This document shows positions 40,001-52,000 of a stretch of DNA of 64,000 nt, in pieces. The first letter of the stretch is position 1. Every line of letters starts with the position of its first letter. The notes beneath the pieces were generated by a model. It was not told the DNA's origin. It saw nothing but the letters and a program-made list of their open reading frames with translations, and did no database searches. Made by a program: the position numbers and the translations under genes. The stretch comes from Paragordius varius (lineage: Eukaryota; Animalia; Nematomorpha), in the NCBI GenBank assembly GCA_964247055.1, contig OZ176058.1:2542001-2606000 (forward strand), written 5' to 3'.

Positions 40001-40447
40001 CAACGCAATATTACTTATTATTATGAAAATAAAATAATATATAAACACAACTCATATGTCTATTTTTTCAAATCCGTGTTGCCGTCCATGTCAAGGATCA
40101 TTTTAATTACAAACCCTACTGGTTCTTTATATATACCATTTACAATTCAAATTCACCCTTAAACAATTCAAATTTACCCTTGAACAATTCAAATTCACCC
40201 TCGCACAATTGAAATTCACCCTCAAATAAAATATATGTTATTTGAGATTAAAAGTTACCTATATTTTTAGATATTTTTAAAAAATAAAAATTTTGTTTTA
40301 AATTAAAATAAAACTGAAAACATAATAAATTATGTGCCATAAGGATATATTTGTGATATTAATAATGAGTTATATTAGTTCGAAAACACACATAATTTAT
40401 TTTTGGGGTGAAATTGAATTGTTCAAGGGTGAATTTGAATTGTAAAT

Positions 40448-40485
<38 letters not shown>

Positions 40486-40622
40486 TAAAAGCTCTTTTTA
40501 TTTGCAGCAAATATGTAGATTGTAGAGTATTCGCCCTTCAGTCTTGTCCAAGTGGATTGCATTGGAATGCAGGAGCTAATACATGCGATTGGGATTGGGC
40601 CGCTAATTGTGTCCCTTGCTAA
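31659..40622 (+). CDS. GH18 chitinase paralog 2 (catalytic domain + linker + CBM14-type domain); first/signal exon not located
   Basis: Exons 31659-31802, 32778-32877, 33625-33769, 34275-34372, 34820-34919, 36789-36938, 37093-37203, 37776-37868, 38554-38798 and 40508-40622 join in one open frame. Motifs are LTHVLYAF, SIGG, FHGIDIDWEYP (DxDxE intact), MGYDF, HNAPLY, GVPFYG and GAMIWELS. Four acceptors are AAG. Confidence 0.93.
34400..34758. mobile_element. MITE family 2 (TIR CCATTTACA, TA TSD, 21-bp subterminal tandem repeats), representative copy
   Basis: TA|CCATTTACAATTCAAATTCACC...GGTGAATTTGAACTGTAAATGG|TA. Other copies lie at ~360-460, 32560-32740, 34970-35082, 38110-38530, 40136-40449, 40770-41069, 42215-42438, 49389-49873, 60658-60912 and 62481-62756. 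Confidence 0.88.
36491..36776. mobile_element. MITE family 1 copy ending 12 nt upstream of the AAG acceptor at 36788
   Basis: TA|CAGTAAAAACTGAAATTTTACGGACAAAA...TTTTGTCCGTATAATTTGCATTTTTAATATG|TA. Confidence 0.82.
39324..39996. mobile_element. hAT MITE in the last intron of chitinase 2
   Basis: TIR TAGGGTTGTGC / GCACAACCCTA; perfect 8-bp TSD CATACAAC (39316-39323, 39997-40004); subterminal TGACC/GGTCA repeats. Confidence 0.9.
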
Positions 40623-41462
40623 AATATTTTATATTTCAGATGTATCATAGTTTAGCAATCAATAATATGAATTTATTAATTTTATTTTAACAAACCAATT
40701 ATCACTATTTTTGTAAAATCATCTTATATAAGGGGGTTTTGTTTATATATATATATATATATATATATACCATATACAATTCAAATTCACCCTCGAACGA
40801 TTCAAATTTACCCTCGAACGATTTAAATCACCCTCGAATGATTATTTACCCTCAAATAAATTATATGTTTTTTTAGATTTCAAAAATTACCTATATTTAA
40901 TATATTTTAAAATAAAAAATTTTGATTTAAATTAATTAAAATAATACTGAAAAAATAATAAACTATGCCATAAAGATATATTTCATATTAAAGTTTTATT
41001 TAGTTCGAAAACACATATTATTTTAATGGTGAATATGAATTGTTCGAGGGTGAATTGAACTGTAAATGGTATTTATATACATGCATATTTTGCCCATATT
41101 TAATAATTTACCTGGGAAATAAACATGAATAAATGGCGATTTACATGTAATTTTGTTAACTTCTGGATTTGATTCGCTCAAACGTATGGCAGAAATGGAA
41201 AAAGGCGAAAATATTCTTTAAACTATTTGATTGATACTATAAAGCTCAAATAATGACTAAAATTATAAAGCATTTGCGTTGTTTATGATTTATATTTTAG
41301 ATAATTAAATAGGCAGGCAATAAAACATTCCTTTACATCAAGAGTGTTCAACACAAATGAATTTAGTAGATTTCAAACAAAAGAGTATCCAAAAAATTCT
41401 AATGCATAAAATTTTCTCTTTCTTGCTATTTGGCTAGACTATAGAAAAAATTGTTTAAACAA

Positions 41463-41590
41463 AATCAATTTTACCAAGATTTTGTAAAATTTTTTATATT
41501 GTTTAAGAATAATCAATTTTACCAAGATTTTGTAAAATTTTTTATATTGTTTAAGGATAATCAATTTTACCAAGATTTTGTAAATTTTTT
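41463..41590. repeat. 48-bp minisatellite, ~2.6 copies
   Basis: Unit aatcaattttaccaagattttgtaaaattttttatattgtttaagaat, nearly identical between copies. Confidence 0.9.
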
Positions 41591-42538
41591 TTGGAAATGA
41601 TGGATTCCAAATTTTTCGAAGCCGCACAAAAGGTCTAAGAGGGCCGCGCTTCTCTTATAATTAAAACTATCTTTTCTTTTGAATTCAATACTTTCAATAA
41701 AACAAAAGTTAACATTTATGATCCAAATGAACACTTTTCCAATAAATTTAATTTATAACAACGCTTATTTTTAATTAATTATTTTATTAATAAGTATTTT
41801 GCTAATTATGAGTAGTCATATTGATTTAATATTGAAGTCAATCACGTAAGTAATTAAAATATAATTAATAGACTGTCGGTATAAATAGGCGGAGTTTATA
41901 AAGTTAGAAAAGTTATTAACACTTTTGTCCTGAATCTTATTAAATCGCAAAATTACCATAACTCGTAAAGGTTTTAAATCAAAATTTGTATTATACGAAG
42001 CTAAAGTTGTTATAGCCTTTTCATAGGTAAATTCATCAATTTGCTCTGTTGTATGTGAGGGATTTAAAGTTTTGTTATGATGAATCTATGTTCTGAGTTA
42101 GATTATCTGCACAACGCAATGGCAGCCGTGCTCTCTTTTACCTTCCCGTCATAAAATGATATTTTAAATTTTGAACTCTAGCAATAAATATTTAAAAAGC
42201 AAAATAATAATTAACCATTTACAATTCAAATTCACCCTCAAATAAAATATATTTTTTTTAAGATTAAATATTACCTACATTTTTATATATTTTTAAAAGA
42301 TAAAAATTTTGTTTTAAATTAAAATAATACTGAAAAAATAATAATCTATGCCATAAGAGAATATATATTTCTTATTAATAATGAGTTATATTATTTCGAA
42401 AACACATAATTTTTAGGGTGAATTTGAACTGTTAATGGTATACATCATTCAATACCAAATACAAGTCGGTTTCATGGTGGAACAGTCGAGGAGCGAAAAA
42501 GTCGTCACACTAATTTGGACATGCCAACTAATGGCATA

Positions 42539-43519
42539 CATTGGGTGGGGTGATAAAAAATGTCGCACTTGACTCGTAGGTCAAGCGTAGCAAGTTGAGC
42601 AAGTTTAATAGCCAGTAATGTACACTTGAAGATCGGTGGTAAAAAACACTTAAGTCAAGTCTTTTGCTTATGAATGTAACATTATTTTGCTACCCAAGAA
42701 TTTAACGAAAATTATTTAGATATTCAGCCAAAATTTTAAAAGGCACAAAAAGATAAACAATCAATACAATGTGCATTTATTAAAGTTTTTCGAATTCTGT
42801 AACACGTATTTAATTTAATATTATATACCTTTCTAAATATTCAAGGGTAACTAAAATTTTTAAGTTGATGACACCATACGCCCTTAAAACACTTTCCATT
42901 ATTTACCATACAAATTTTTTAGAGTTCTTAGACAATCATAATAATATAACATATTAATTTTAATTGATTATTATCAACATTACATTTGAAATATATTTAT
43001 GATGAAATAAACTCTTTACATGTTTTAACTCTAGTTAATTTTAGGTAAAACTAGATTTGAAAATTTTAAACATGATTAATATTTAATTATTTATTTTAAG
43101 ATACTTTCGATCAATTATTGTGCGGGTTCACTGAATTGATAATTTAGCATATTTTATATTGTTCTTAAACTTTAGCAGAATTTTTCTAAAAAATTATTCC
43201 CTTTTGTATACACCCAATTTGAACAGGTTATTAAGCTAAAAATTATCAATGAACATTTTATCATTAAAAAGGTTTTAATTAAATATAAACTCTAAATTAT
43301 ATATATAAATAATTTCCAAAATAAGTTTATCCATAAATCTGTCAGGTGAGCCCTACACCACGCAAAATCTTTAAGATTTACTTGATCATAAGATTTATCA
43401 CCTCCGAATCAAGTTTTCTTGCTTGACCTGAGTCCTCTAATGTTAATTTTTTATCACATGAAAGCAAACCATGACTTGAAAAACTTAAGTCAAAAAATTT
43501 TATGTCACATCACCCATTG
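42539..43519. mobile_element. Non-autonomous TIR element with TA TSD (Tc1/mariner-type ends)
   Basis: Ends are TA|CATTGGGTG and CACCCATTG|TA, with imperfect subterminal inverted similarity (cttaagtcaag/cttgac motifs). A related fragment lies at ~57640-57760. Confidence 0.55.
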
Positions 43520-45231
43520 TATTAATATAATATTTATAATTATTTCGCTGGGCATACACTAATACCATATTTATTAGATTGTAGTTATCGTAATCAAATG
43601 ACACCATGCACATCTTTATTAATGAATATTATCTTTTGTCCAAAAATTACTCTAAAAAAAGTTTAAGAATCATAGCTACGAAATAATTAATTGTTAAGGC
43701 ATCATTAATGAAATACTAATTTTAATAAGCTATCCTAAAAATTGCCTAAAAATATTTTTTAGAAATTTTGCCCATTTTAATTACATGCCTGCACTGTGCA
43801 GCGCAAATTAAAATATATCCATCATTAAATTTGATTGTAAAGGATTAGTTTCAGAGAATCCGATTTTCGGGGGCTTGAATTGTTCAAAACCACTATTTTT
43901 ATAGAGACTATTAAATTATCTAAATATGTTAAAATTTAAAGGCAGATCTTATCTAGATTTTTTTAAATCCTTGGTTTAAATGCAAAAAATATAAATGTTA
44001 TTAGGTAACTATATAATTTAAAATTTTAACTTAAAGCATTTTCCTTTAATTTTTACATTTTGTAAGAGTACCTTCGATTTTACTGTATTTTAATTTAATG
44101 TGCAATTGGTATATTTTATTAAATATCATCCCTTGAATGCACTATATTTTTAGTTACAAAACAAATTTTTGTAATTTTTGAAATTATTTCAAATACAAAA
44201 TTATTATAAAATGATATTTTTAGATCAATTTGTTAAAATAAAACACTTGAACAAATATAGATACTTCACATCCATAAATGAAATTTTAAAATATCAAATT
44301 TTTAACCAAAAATATTCTTTACCCATATTTTTTAGTTATATAACTAATGAAAGAAAGCTAAAAATAAAACTAAATTTTTTGTCAAAGTTGATTCAATATT
44401 TGTACAAATGTATGACAAAAAATATCAATATATTTATTGGTAAAATGAAAAATCATTGCATTTGTGGAGCAAAAATGTTATTTATAGAAAGTTAGCGCTA
44501 TAGGAAAACAGTTTTGACCATCTGTGGTTTTTTCAAAAAATATACCCATTTTTGAAAACCTATATAAGGTGTCGATACTATGGCAATAAGTAATTTTACA
44601 TTTTTACGATTCTCTTTAAAATCTAAAATATACTTGTCCCCCTATCCAATAATAATTTTTTAAAATGAAATTTTGGATATTTTTTTGTAATGCATCCCTT
44701 CTTATCACCCTTGCTGTGATAATGACAAAGCCCGAAAAAGGTTTGTAATTATCTTTTTACTCATAAAATTATTTGATTGAAACATTTTTGATCATATACA
44801 GTAATAAATTTAAAATTATACAGACAAAATGTAAAAACTAAAATTTTTGCACACCATGATTTCTCCCGCATAAACTATGGAATAAAGTTAAAATATGTAA
44901 TTGAATGTTAATCATGTGTGATAGATTATTTTACCAGCCCACCATTAATTAGAAGCCATAATAATTTTATAAAATTAAAAACTAAGATTTTATTTAACGC
45001 TTGATAGTAATTCTAAACTTTTTAAAATGAATCGTAAAAAAATATATGACTTTTAATTTTTACATTTCTTATGTATAATTTCAATTTTTGAACAAATAAA
45101 TTTGGCTGCATGTAATAATTGTGAAGGTTAAGTATTAATCTTTCACTTTCTTTGTTATGCATGTTAAATTAAATTTATTTTATTAATAATTGTGTAAAAC
45201 TAGAATCTTGCCAGATATAATTTTATAGATA

Positions 45232-45501
45232 CAGTAAAAATTGAAATTATACGGACAAAACGTAATAATATAAAGAACAACCATACTTTTTAAAATTCTA
45301 TTTTATCCTATAAAAATCATTTAATTTCAATTGTAACTAAATAATTGATTGTTTTACTAATTTACATCTCTATACTTAACAATCCAAAAAAAATGAGTTA
45401 TATTTAAAATAAATAAGGTTATAAATGTATAGTTGTTCTTTAGAAGAGAATATTTGTCTTTATATTTTTACATTTTGTCCGTATAATTTCAATTTTTACT
45501 G
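45232..45501. mobile_element. pogo/Tigger-like MITE family 1, representative ~270-bp copy
   Basis: TA|CAGTAAAAATTGAAATTATACGGACAAAA...TTTTGTCCGTATAATTTCAATTTTTACTG|TA. Other whole or partial copies lie at ~1470-1708, 5724-6000, 8120-8390, 14010-14134, 28277-28525, 30930-31190, 32912-33183, 36491-36776, 47062-47310, 47660-47921, 48950-49160 and 52660-52910. Confidence 0.88.
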
Positions 45502-45533
45502 TATTTTCGATATAATTATTATATCGTTTTCAG

Positions 45534-48500
45534 AGGATTAAAAACATACAATTTCACTTTATTCATGCGTCGTTATTTATATGCATTTTTATTCGAGGTA
45601 AGACTTTTAATTTATACAATCAATATAATAAATATATTCGTATATATTTGTTATCGAAAATGATTGTCGGTATAAAATGCAGAATAAATTTTATTATCTT
45701 GTGTTTTAGTGTCAACCTCTGGCGTAGTGATTGGATATATTACTGAATGGATGTCTATGCCAATTAGCCAAATCCAAGGCAATTATTTAACACACGTACT
45801 ATACGCTTTCCTCTTTATCAATCAGGATGGAACACTCAGAATATTGGATTCCAGTAATATTCCAATTTTTATCAAAAATATCAATCGTAAAAATTTTTTT
45901 GCTAAAAATATCCTTGGTATTTATGTAGTGTTAAAACTATTTCCCCCAGATCTAAGATGTATGCCAATGCTTTACAGTAAAAAATTATATTTACAGGAAA
46001 AACGTAAAATTTAACGAAAAATTTTTTTTTAAAACAACAATTACATTATTATAATAATCTGAACATAACTCATGTTTGCTTGTTATAAATTAAAGATTGG
46101 AATAAATTGGTACACACATTTTCTAGTAATATCTGCATTATATAAAAAATATATTGGTAAAAAGTATGGTTGTCTTTATTAAAATATATTTGTCTTTTAA
46201 TTTTTTCATTTGTCTGTAGAAATGTTTACTGTATAAAATCTTTCATTTTTTTATGAACCTAACGACATAGTCCTATCTTATTTTAATTAAATTATGAGCT
46301 TCATAAAATACATTTTGCGTTTGATTTCATAATCTCGTTTATACATATGGAAACAAATACAATTTAGCAGTACCCTTTTTATTATTTTAAATTTTTTTAT
46401 CAAATGTGCTGAAAAATGTGATATTTTTGTTGTTAGCTAAAAGCAAATAAACGAATATATATTTTAAGGGTATTTTTAAAAACTTTTTACTACGATCCTT
46501 CATCTAAGTTAAATATACACCTATTAAATTATCTGATGTGCGCGCAGTGCAAACTTTGCTGTGAAAATTTGATTTATAATATCTTTCCAAGGTTTATATC
46601 AGTAATACTTAAAACGTGAGGCCTGAAAAAATGCTTTTTTATGTATATTATTTAAGAAATTTTTGATATCTGTTTTTGGAACAAATATCTGCAAATATGC
46701 CAAACAGCAGCTATGAAATTTATAACGGTTTTATTTAATGAATGAGACAAGATAAATATTTTTTGCGGCTTTTAATATATTTTGGTGAGTACCACTGCTT
46801 TATATCAATAATTTTATGTGTGTTAAATAGGTCAAGCTCATTTTACTCAACTGGAGGAGCTGGTCAAAAAATATCCACACCTCAAAGTATTACCAAGTAT
46901 AGGAGGTGCCAATAACTCAACCGACTTTTTGTAATATATATATATATATATAATTACATATTACATGTTTATAAAAATATTTATTTTCATTAATTCGTAA
47001 ATTTTTATCAAATATGAAATACAGTGGGCTATAATAAATTTTAACATTTAATTATGATTTACAGTAAAAATTGGAATTATACGGACAAAATGTGTACAAA
47101 TATAACGACAAAATTTTTTTTTAAAAGAAAACCAGATTTTTTAAACTTTTCAATATTATATATTTGTGTGTATTCCCAATTACATTTTTAATACCCATTA
47201 TGCAATCCAAAACGATGATTTATCATTAAAATATATATAATTGTATTTCAGAAAAGTATATGTCATTTAATTATTGCATTTTATCCATATTTCCTGCAAA
47301 TAGTTACACTGAACAAACTTTAAATTAAGGTTAAGAATTTTTTTAGCCACACCATCCAAAATAAATTCTAGGGAATTATTTGATAATTGTTAAATTATTT
47401 AATTATTCCATATGAATTAGAATTCTAAACACAGACGCTAAACGCCAAGCCTTTGCAGACTCTTGCAAGTCCTTTGTACAGAAACACAAATTTCATGGGA
47501 TCGATATAGATTGGGAGTATCCAAACAATGAGGACCAAAAAGACATATATGGCAAACTTTTAGAGGTATACTATAATAAATTTATAAAACCAATTTGTAC
47601 AAAGATAATTACTAATATTTTTATCAATACCGAATAGTGCTTGAATTGTGATGCTTTTATTATACAAAACGTAAAAATATAATGACAAATATATTTATCC
47701 AGAAGACAACCATACTTTTTTAAACTTTATTTTCCATATATATTTAGAAACAAATGTAAAATATGGAATCGATTGTGTTAGTATAATTATATATCTCTTT
47801 TTCATACTTTGCCATCTTAAACAATGAGTTATACTGAAATGTATTACGATTGTATGGTTGTCTTTTAGAAAATATGTGTCTTTATATTTTACAATTTGTT
47901 CATATAATTTCATTTTTCCTGTAAATTGAGATTTTAAAAAAACTTCTCCCTCATTTGCGGAAAAGGCGAAAATTTGAGTTTCTAATAAATTTAGTTTTAA
48001 CTTCTTTATTCCTGACGGTTAGTTGAAGCTTATCTAAAAAAACATTCGTCGTTACCCACACAACTGTATAGTTATATTTTTGAATCCTAAAATATATATA
48101 TGTATATATATTTTTATCGATTCTAAATTAAAAAATTTTAAATTGGTTTATTTAAAATATCATAGTACGCTGGTAAAATATAAATACAGCTTAAATTGAT
48201 TTGGGTCAGTTCAAGCTATTCAACGCTTTCCCTAATTTTATTCTATATATGATAATCATAGGTCCTTAAAAAGACATTGGGTCCTGGTTATGAAGTAATG
48301 TCGGCAGTTCCGGCTGGTGTTGATAATATGCGTTTGTTTGATATCAAGGCCATGAATAAGTACGTATATTTAAAAATTATAAATAGTAATTCTATCTATC
48401 ATCATATATTTTACACTGCCCACTTTATTGTTGACCAATTCACATTATTCTTCGCCAATTAGCATTATACGAGCATATGCAATTAAACTACTTTTGTCTA

Positions 48501-49046
48501 ATAATAAACAAATTTAATGTTGCAAGATGGTTCAAGAATATTTTATTTCACCCTTTTGTTGTTTTTTATCCATACACTACTGCAGTGGTTACCAAAAGAA
48601 GGACAAAGCCCTACAAGGGGGGGGGGGAATTCGAAGAAACTACTTTAATATGTTAATAAATATAATTTATGCTATTATTTGATAATTCGTATATCTAAAT
48701 TATTTCATTTAGTGGGTACTTTATGATTCGATTCGAATATGTATTATATAAGGAAAATACCATATTTAGCTATTTAGATTATGTTTTGGTTATGGGTTAT
48801 GATTTTGCCGGTTCATGGAGCACAGTAACGGCCCACAATGCTCCTCTCTTTGGTGGTCAATACAGTGTTGTAAGTTTTTTAATCTTTTATATTTTTGCAT
48901 TGATATACACATATACATAGCAAATCTTAGAATCAACACCATTTTTTGTACAGTAAAAATTTTAATTATACAGATAAAACGTTAAAAAGACAACCATGTG
49001 TTCCTTGGTGTTTTTCTAACAGCGTTTTGTATTATAAATTGATATT

Positions 49047-49093
<47 letters not shown>

Positions 49094-52000
49094 CTTAATA
49101 TTGGAACAAGGGTTGTTACAAAGTATGGTTGTTTTTATGCAAAAAATATTTGTCTTTTAATTTTCACATCAAAACATGACAGGTAGGGCATTAAATCTTG
49201 CAATTGTAAAACTAAAAGACAAATATTTTTTTCTAAAGAAAAACCATATTTTTACCCATTGATTTTTTTTAGATAGAGTGATGTATATTGACAATACATT
49301 TTTATATTTGATATAACGCAACATTGTCGTAAAGTTTTTACCTTTTGTCAGTATTTATAATCAATTTTAAATATATATATATATATATTATTTACGATTC
49401 ACCTTTAAACAATTCAAATTCACCCTCCAACAATTCTAATTCACCCTTGAGCAATACAAATTCACCCTAAAAATAAATTAAGTGTTTTCGAGATAATTAA
49501 CTTAACATTTATATGAAATAAATTTTTACTATATAGTTTATTATTTTTTCAGCATTATGATATTAATTTTAAACGAAATTTCATATTTTAAATTTATTAA
49601 TAAAAAAATAAAAGTAATTTTTAATCTTTAACACCACATTATTTATTTTAGGGTGGGTGAATTTGAATTGTTTGAGAGTGAACTTGAAAGAACTGTAAAT
49701 GGTATATTTGAATTGTTCAAGGGTGAATTTGAATTGTTCGAGGGTGAATTTAAAATTGTTTAAGGTGTGAAATGTTCAAGGGTGAATATAAATTGTTCAT
49801 GGGTGAAATTGAATTGTTCAAGGGTAATAATTTGAATTGTTCAAGGGTGAATCTGAACTGTAACTGTAAATGGTATATTTAATCTAGAAAGGTGCAGTCG
49901 ATGCCTGGTTATCGAAAGGAATAACAGCCAAGAAAATTGTAGTTGGTGTTCCCTTCTACGGTGGGAAATTTAATCTTAATGGAAATTCTAATACCGTTGG
50001 TAGTCCTGGCTGGTATGTCACCCTTATGACATATGATGAGGTTTTACATTCATCTTCACATTACTATAGCATCGTTTTTTACCTTTGGTGTTTTTATATT
50101 TATGTTTGACAAAGATTACTTGTATAGTAATCGAAAATTCATAAACAATTTATTTAATTTTAGCTGAATTATAATTTGCAACATAATAATACAATCACAC
50201 TTCAGCGTAAACAATATCCAAAACAAAAGTTATTTAGGGAAGGGGGGGGGGGAAGGTTAAAAATTTTAAAAATCGTTTTCACTCAGTATACATTAACTTT
50301 TTATTTTTTTGGTAGAGTTGATAGACTATTAGATCTTTAGGCAGTACACTAATGTTTTTTTGGATAAACACACCCATAATTTAAACTCCGAAAATATGAA
50401 GAGATGTATATCCAATAGTGGTTTTTACGTACAGAAACAAAAATTGATTAAAAAATAGTGTTTTAATATATAAGTTTTTTGTGTCTACATTTAAATTTTC
50501 TAATTCTCAATCCATATAAGGACATAACTTTTTTCAATATGCAACACTTCAATAATCGAAATTTTTTATAAATAGTAATACAAGAATGTTGACGCCAGTT
50601 AGTTCTCATATTTTTGATATTTTAATAACATTACATAAATAAAGCTATTATAATTTTATCAAAAAAATTTTTAAGATAAAATCAGCGTCTATGACCAGAC
50701 AATGGGATAGTAATGCTCAAACTTCGTATGGTTACAGTGGAAATAATTGGTATACTTTTGATGATGCTGAGAGTCTCAAAACTAAAGTAATATTTATATA
50801 TTTACTGTTTTGATATTTAAATGATTGTCGAATTATTAAGGGCAGGGGTGTCCACATGCGCCAAGCTAAAATATTTCGGCAGCCCGTGAAATTCATTAAA
50901 TTACAAAGTACAAAATTTTAAAAAATGTAAATTTACAAAAGCTATGCAACATTATTATAAATTTTGGCAATGAAATAGCAAACTCTTTAAACAATTAGTA
51001 GTTTTCTAATGGTTTTATATTTTTTTCAGTTTTTTGTTGAAAATCTAGTAAATTGTCCCGAATTTTTGGCTTAAAAATTTCAATTGTATGGTTTGGGTAT
51101 AAAATATCAAGGTTTATAATTATGATTGTCTTTTAGTGGTTTATACCTATAATTGTAATTATATATATTAAATTTTTCAATCTGCAAGTAAGTTGATACA
51201 AATTCTATTTTTTAAAACCCTTGTAAAATATATTTATATTTAATTTAGGTTGATTATGCTTGTCCTAATTATGGGGGTGCTATGATTTGGGAACTTAGTC
51301 AAAATAGGGACCAAAGTTTACTCAAAGCTGTATACGATGAGGTTGGTATAATAACTTAATAAAGTTTTGCACTTTAAAAAGAAAGCAAAAAAATTTATAA
51401 ACATATAGTTAGATAAAAATAGAGATTTTTCTAAATTGATACTTTCTAGAAGTTTAGAGGGCAAATTTTGCTAAATAAAATTAAAATTTATGTTCAAATA
51501 TTTAACCTATTGTTTATGTGTGAGGATATCAACACAATTTTAATCTTATAATCATGAAGTATTAAGGATTAAAAAAAATATCTTAATCTTTTGTTTTACC
51601 GTTTTTCTCTCGATAATTTTGATATTTATTTCAATGAATATTTTACTTCGATTTCAATTAAATCCAAAGTTAAAAATTATTATTCTTTATTAACTAAAAT
51701 TATTTTCATGTCCACATACCAAAAATATTATAATATTTTAATATTAGGAAAGAAAGATAATTTACAATTTTATCTTTTTATCAATCATTTAGGTCAAAAG
51801 TAAATGTGGAATCGATAATAATAGTACAACCTCTCAAACTACCACTGGAACTACTTCGCAGACGACAACTAAAGCAACAGCTGCTCCAACTGGAAGCTCC
51901 ACTTCTCATTCGTCGACAGCTGTTCCAACAGCTGGTCCCACAAGTGGATCCACTAGTGGTGGCGGTAATTGTCTCCGGGACCCAAGTCAAATTTGTCAGC

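Noticed and set aside
41439-41627. ORF with KFYKILVKLIILKQYK repeats
   Set aside because: It is a by-product of the 48-bp minisatellite.
45565-45597. ATG at 45565 (MRRYLYAFLFE) as the start of chitinase 3
   Set aside because: It ends in phase 0 at the donor, which puts the next exon out of frame (TGT CAA CCT CTG GCG TAG).
46740-46797. Complete hAT element (right end GGTGAGTACCACTG as at 8108; also a CAGGGGTGTCCA left-type end at ~50843)
   Set aside because: Only isolated ends were seen, with no matching partner or TSD.
49690-49860. CRISPR-like array of 21-bp repeats
   Set aside because: The repeats are head-to-tail without unique spacers, sit inside a MITE in a eukaryotic intron, and no cas genes are present.
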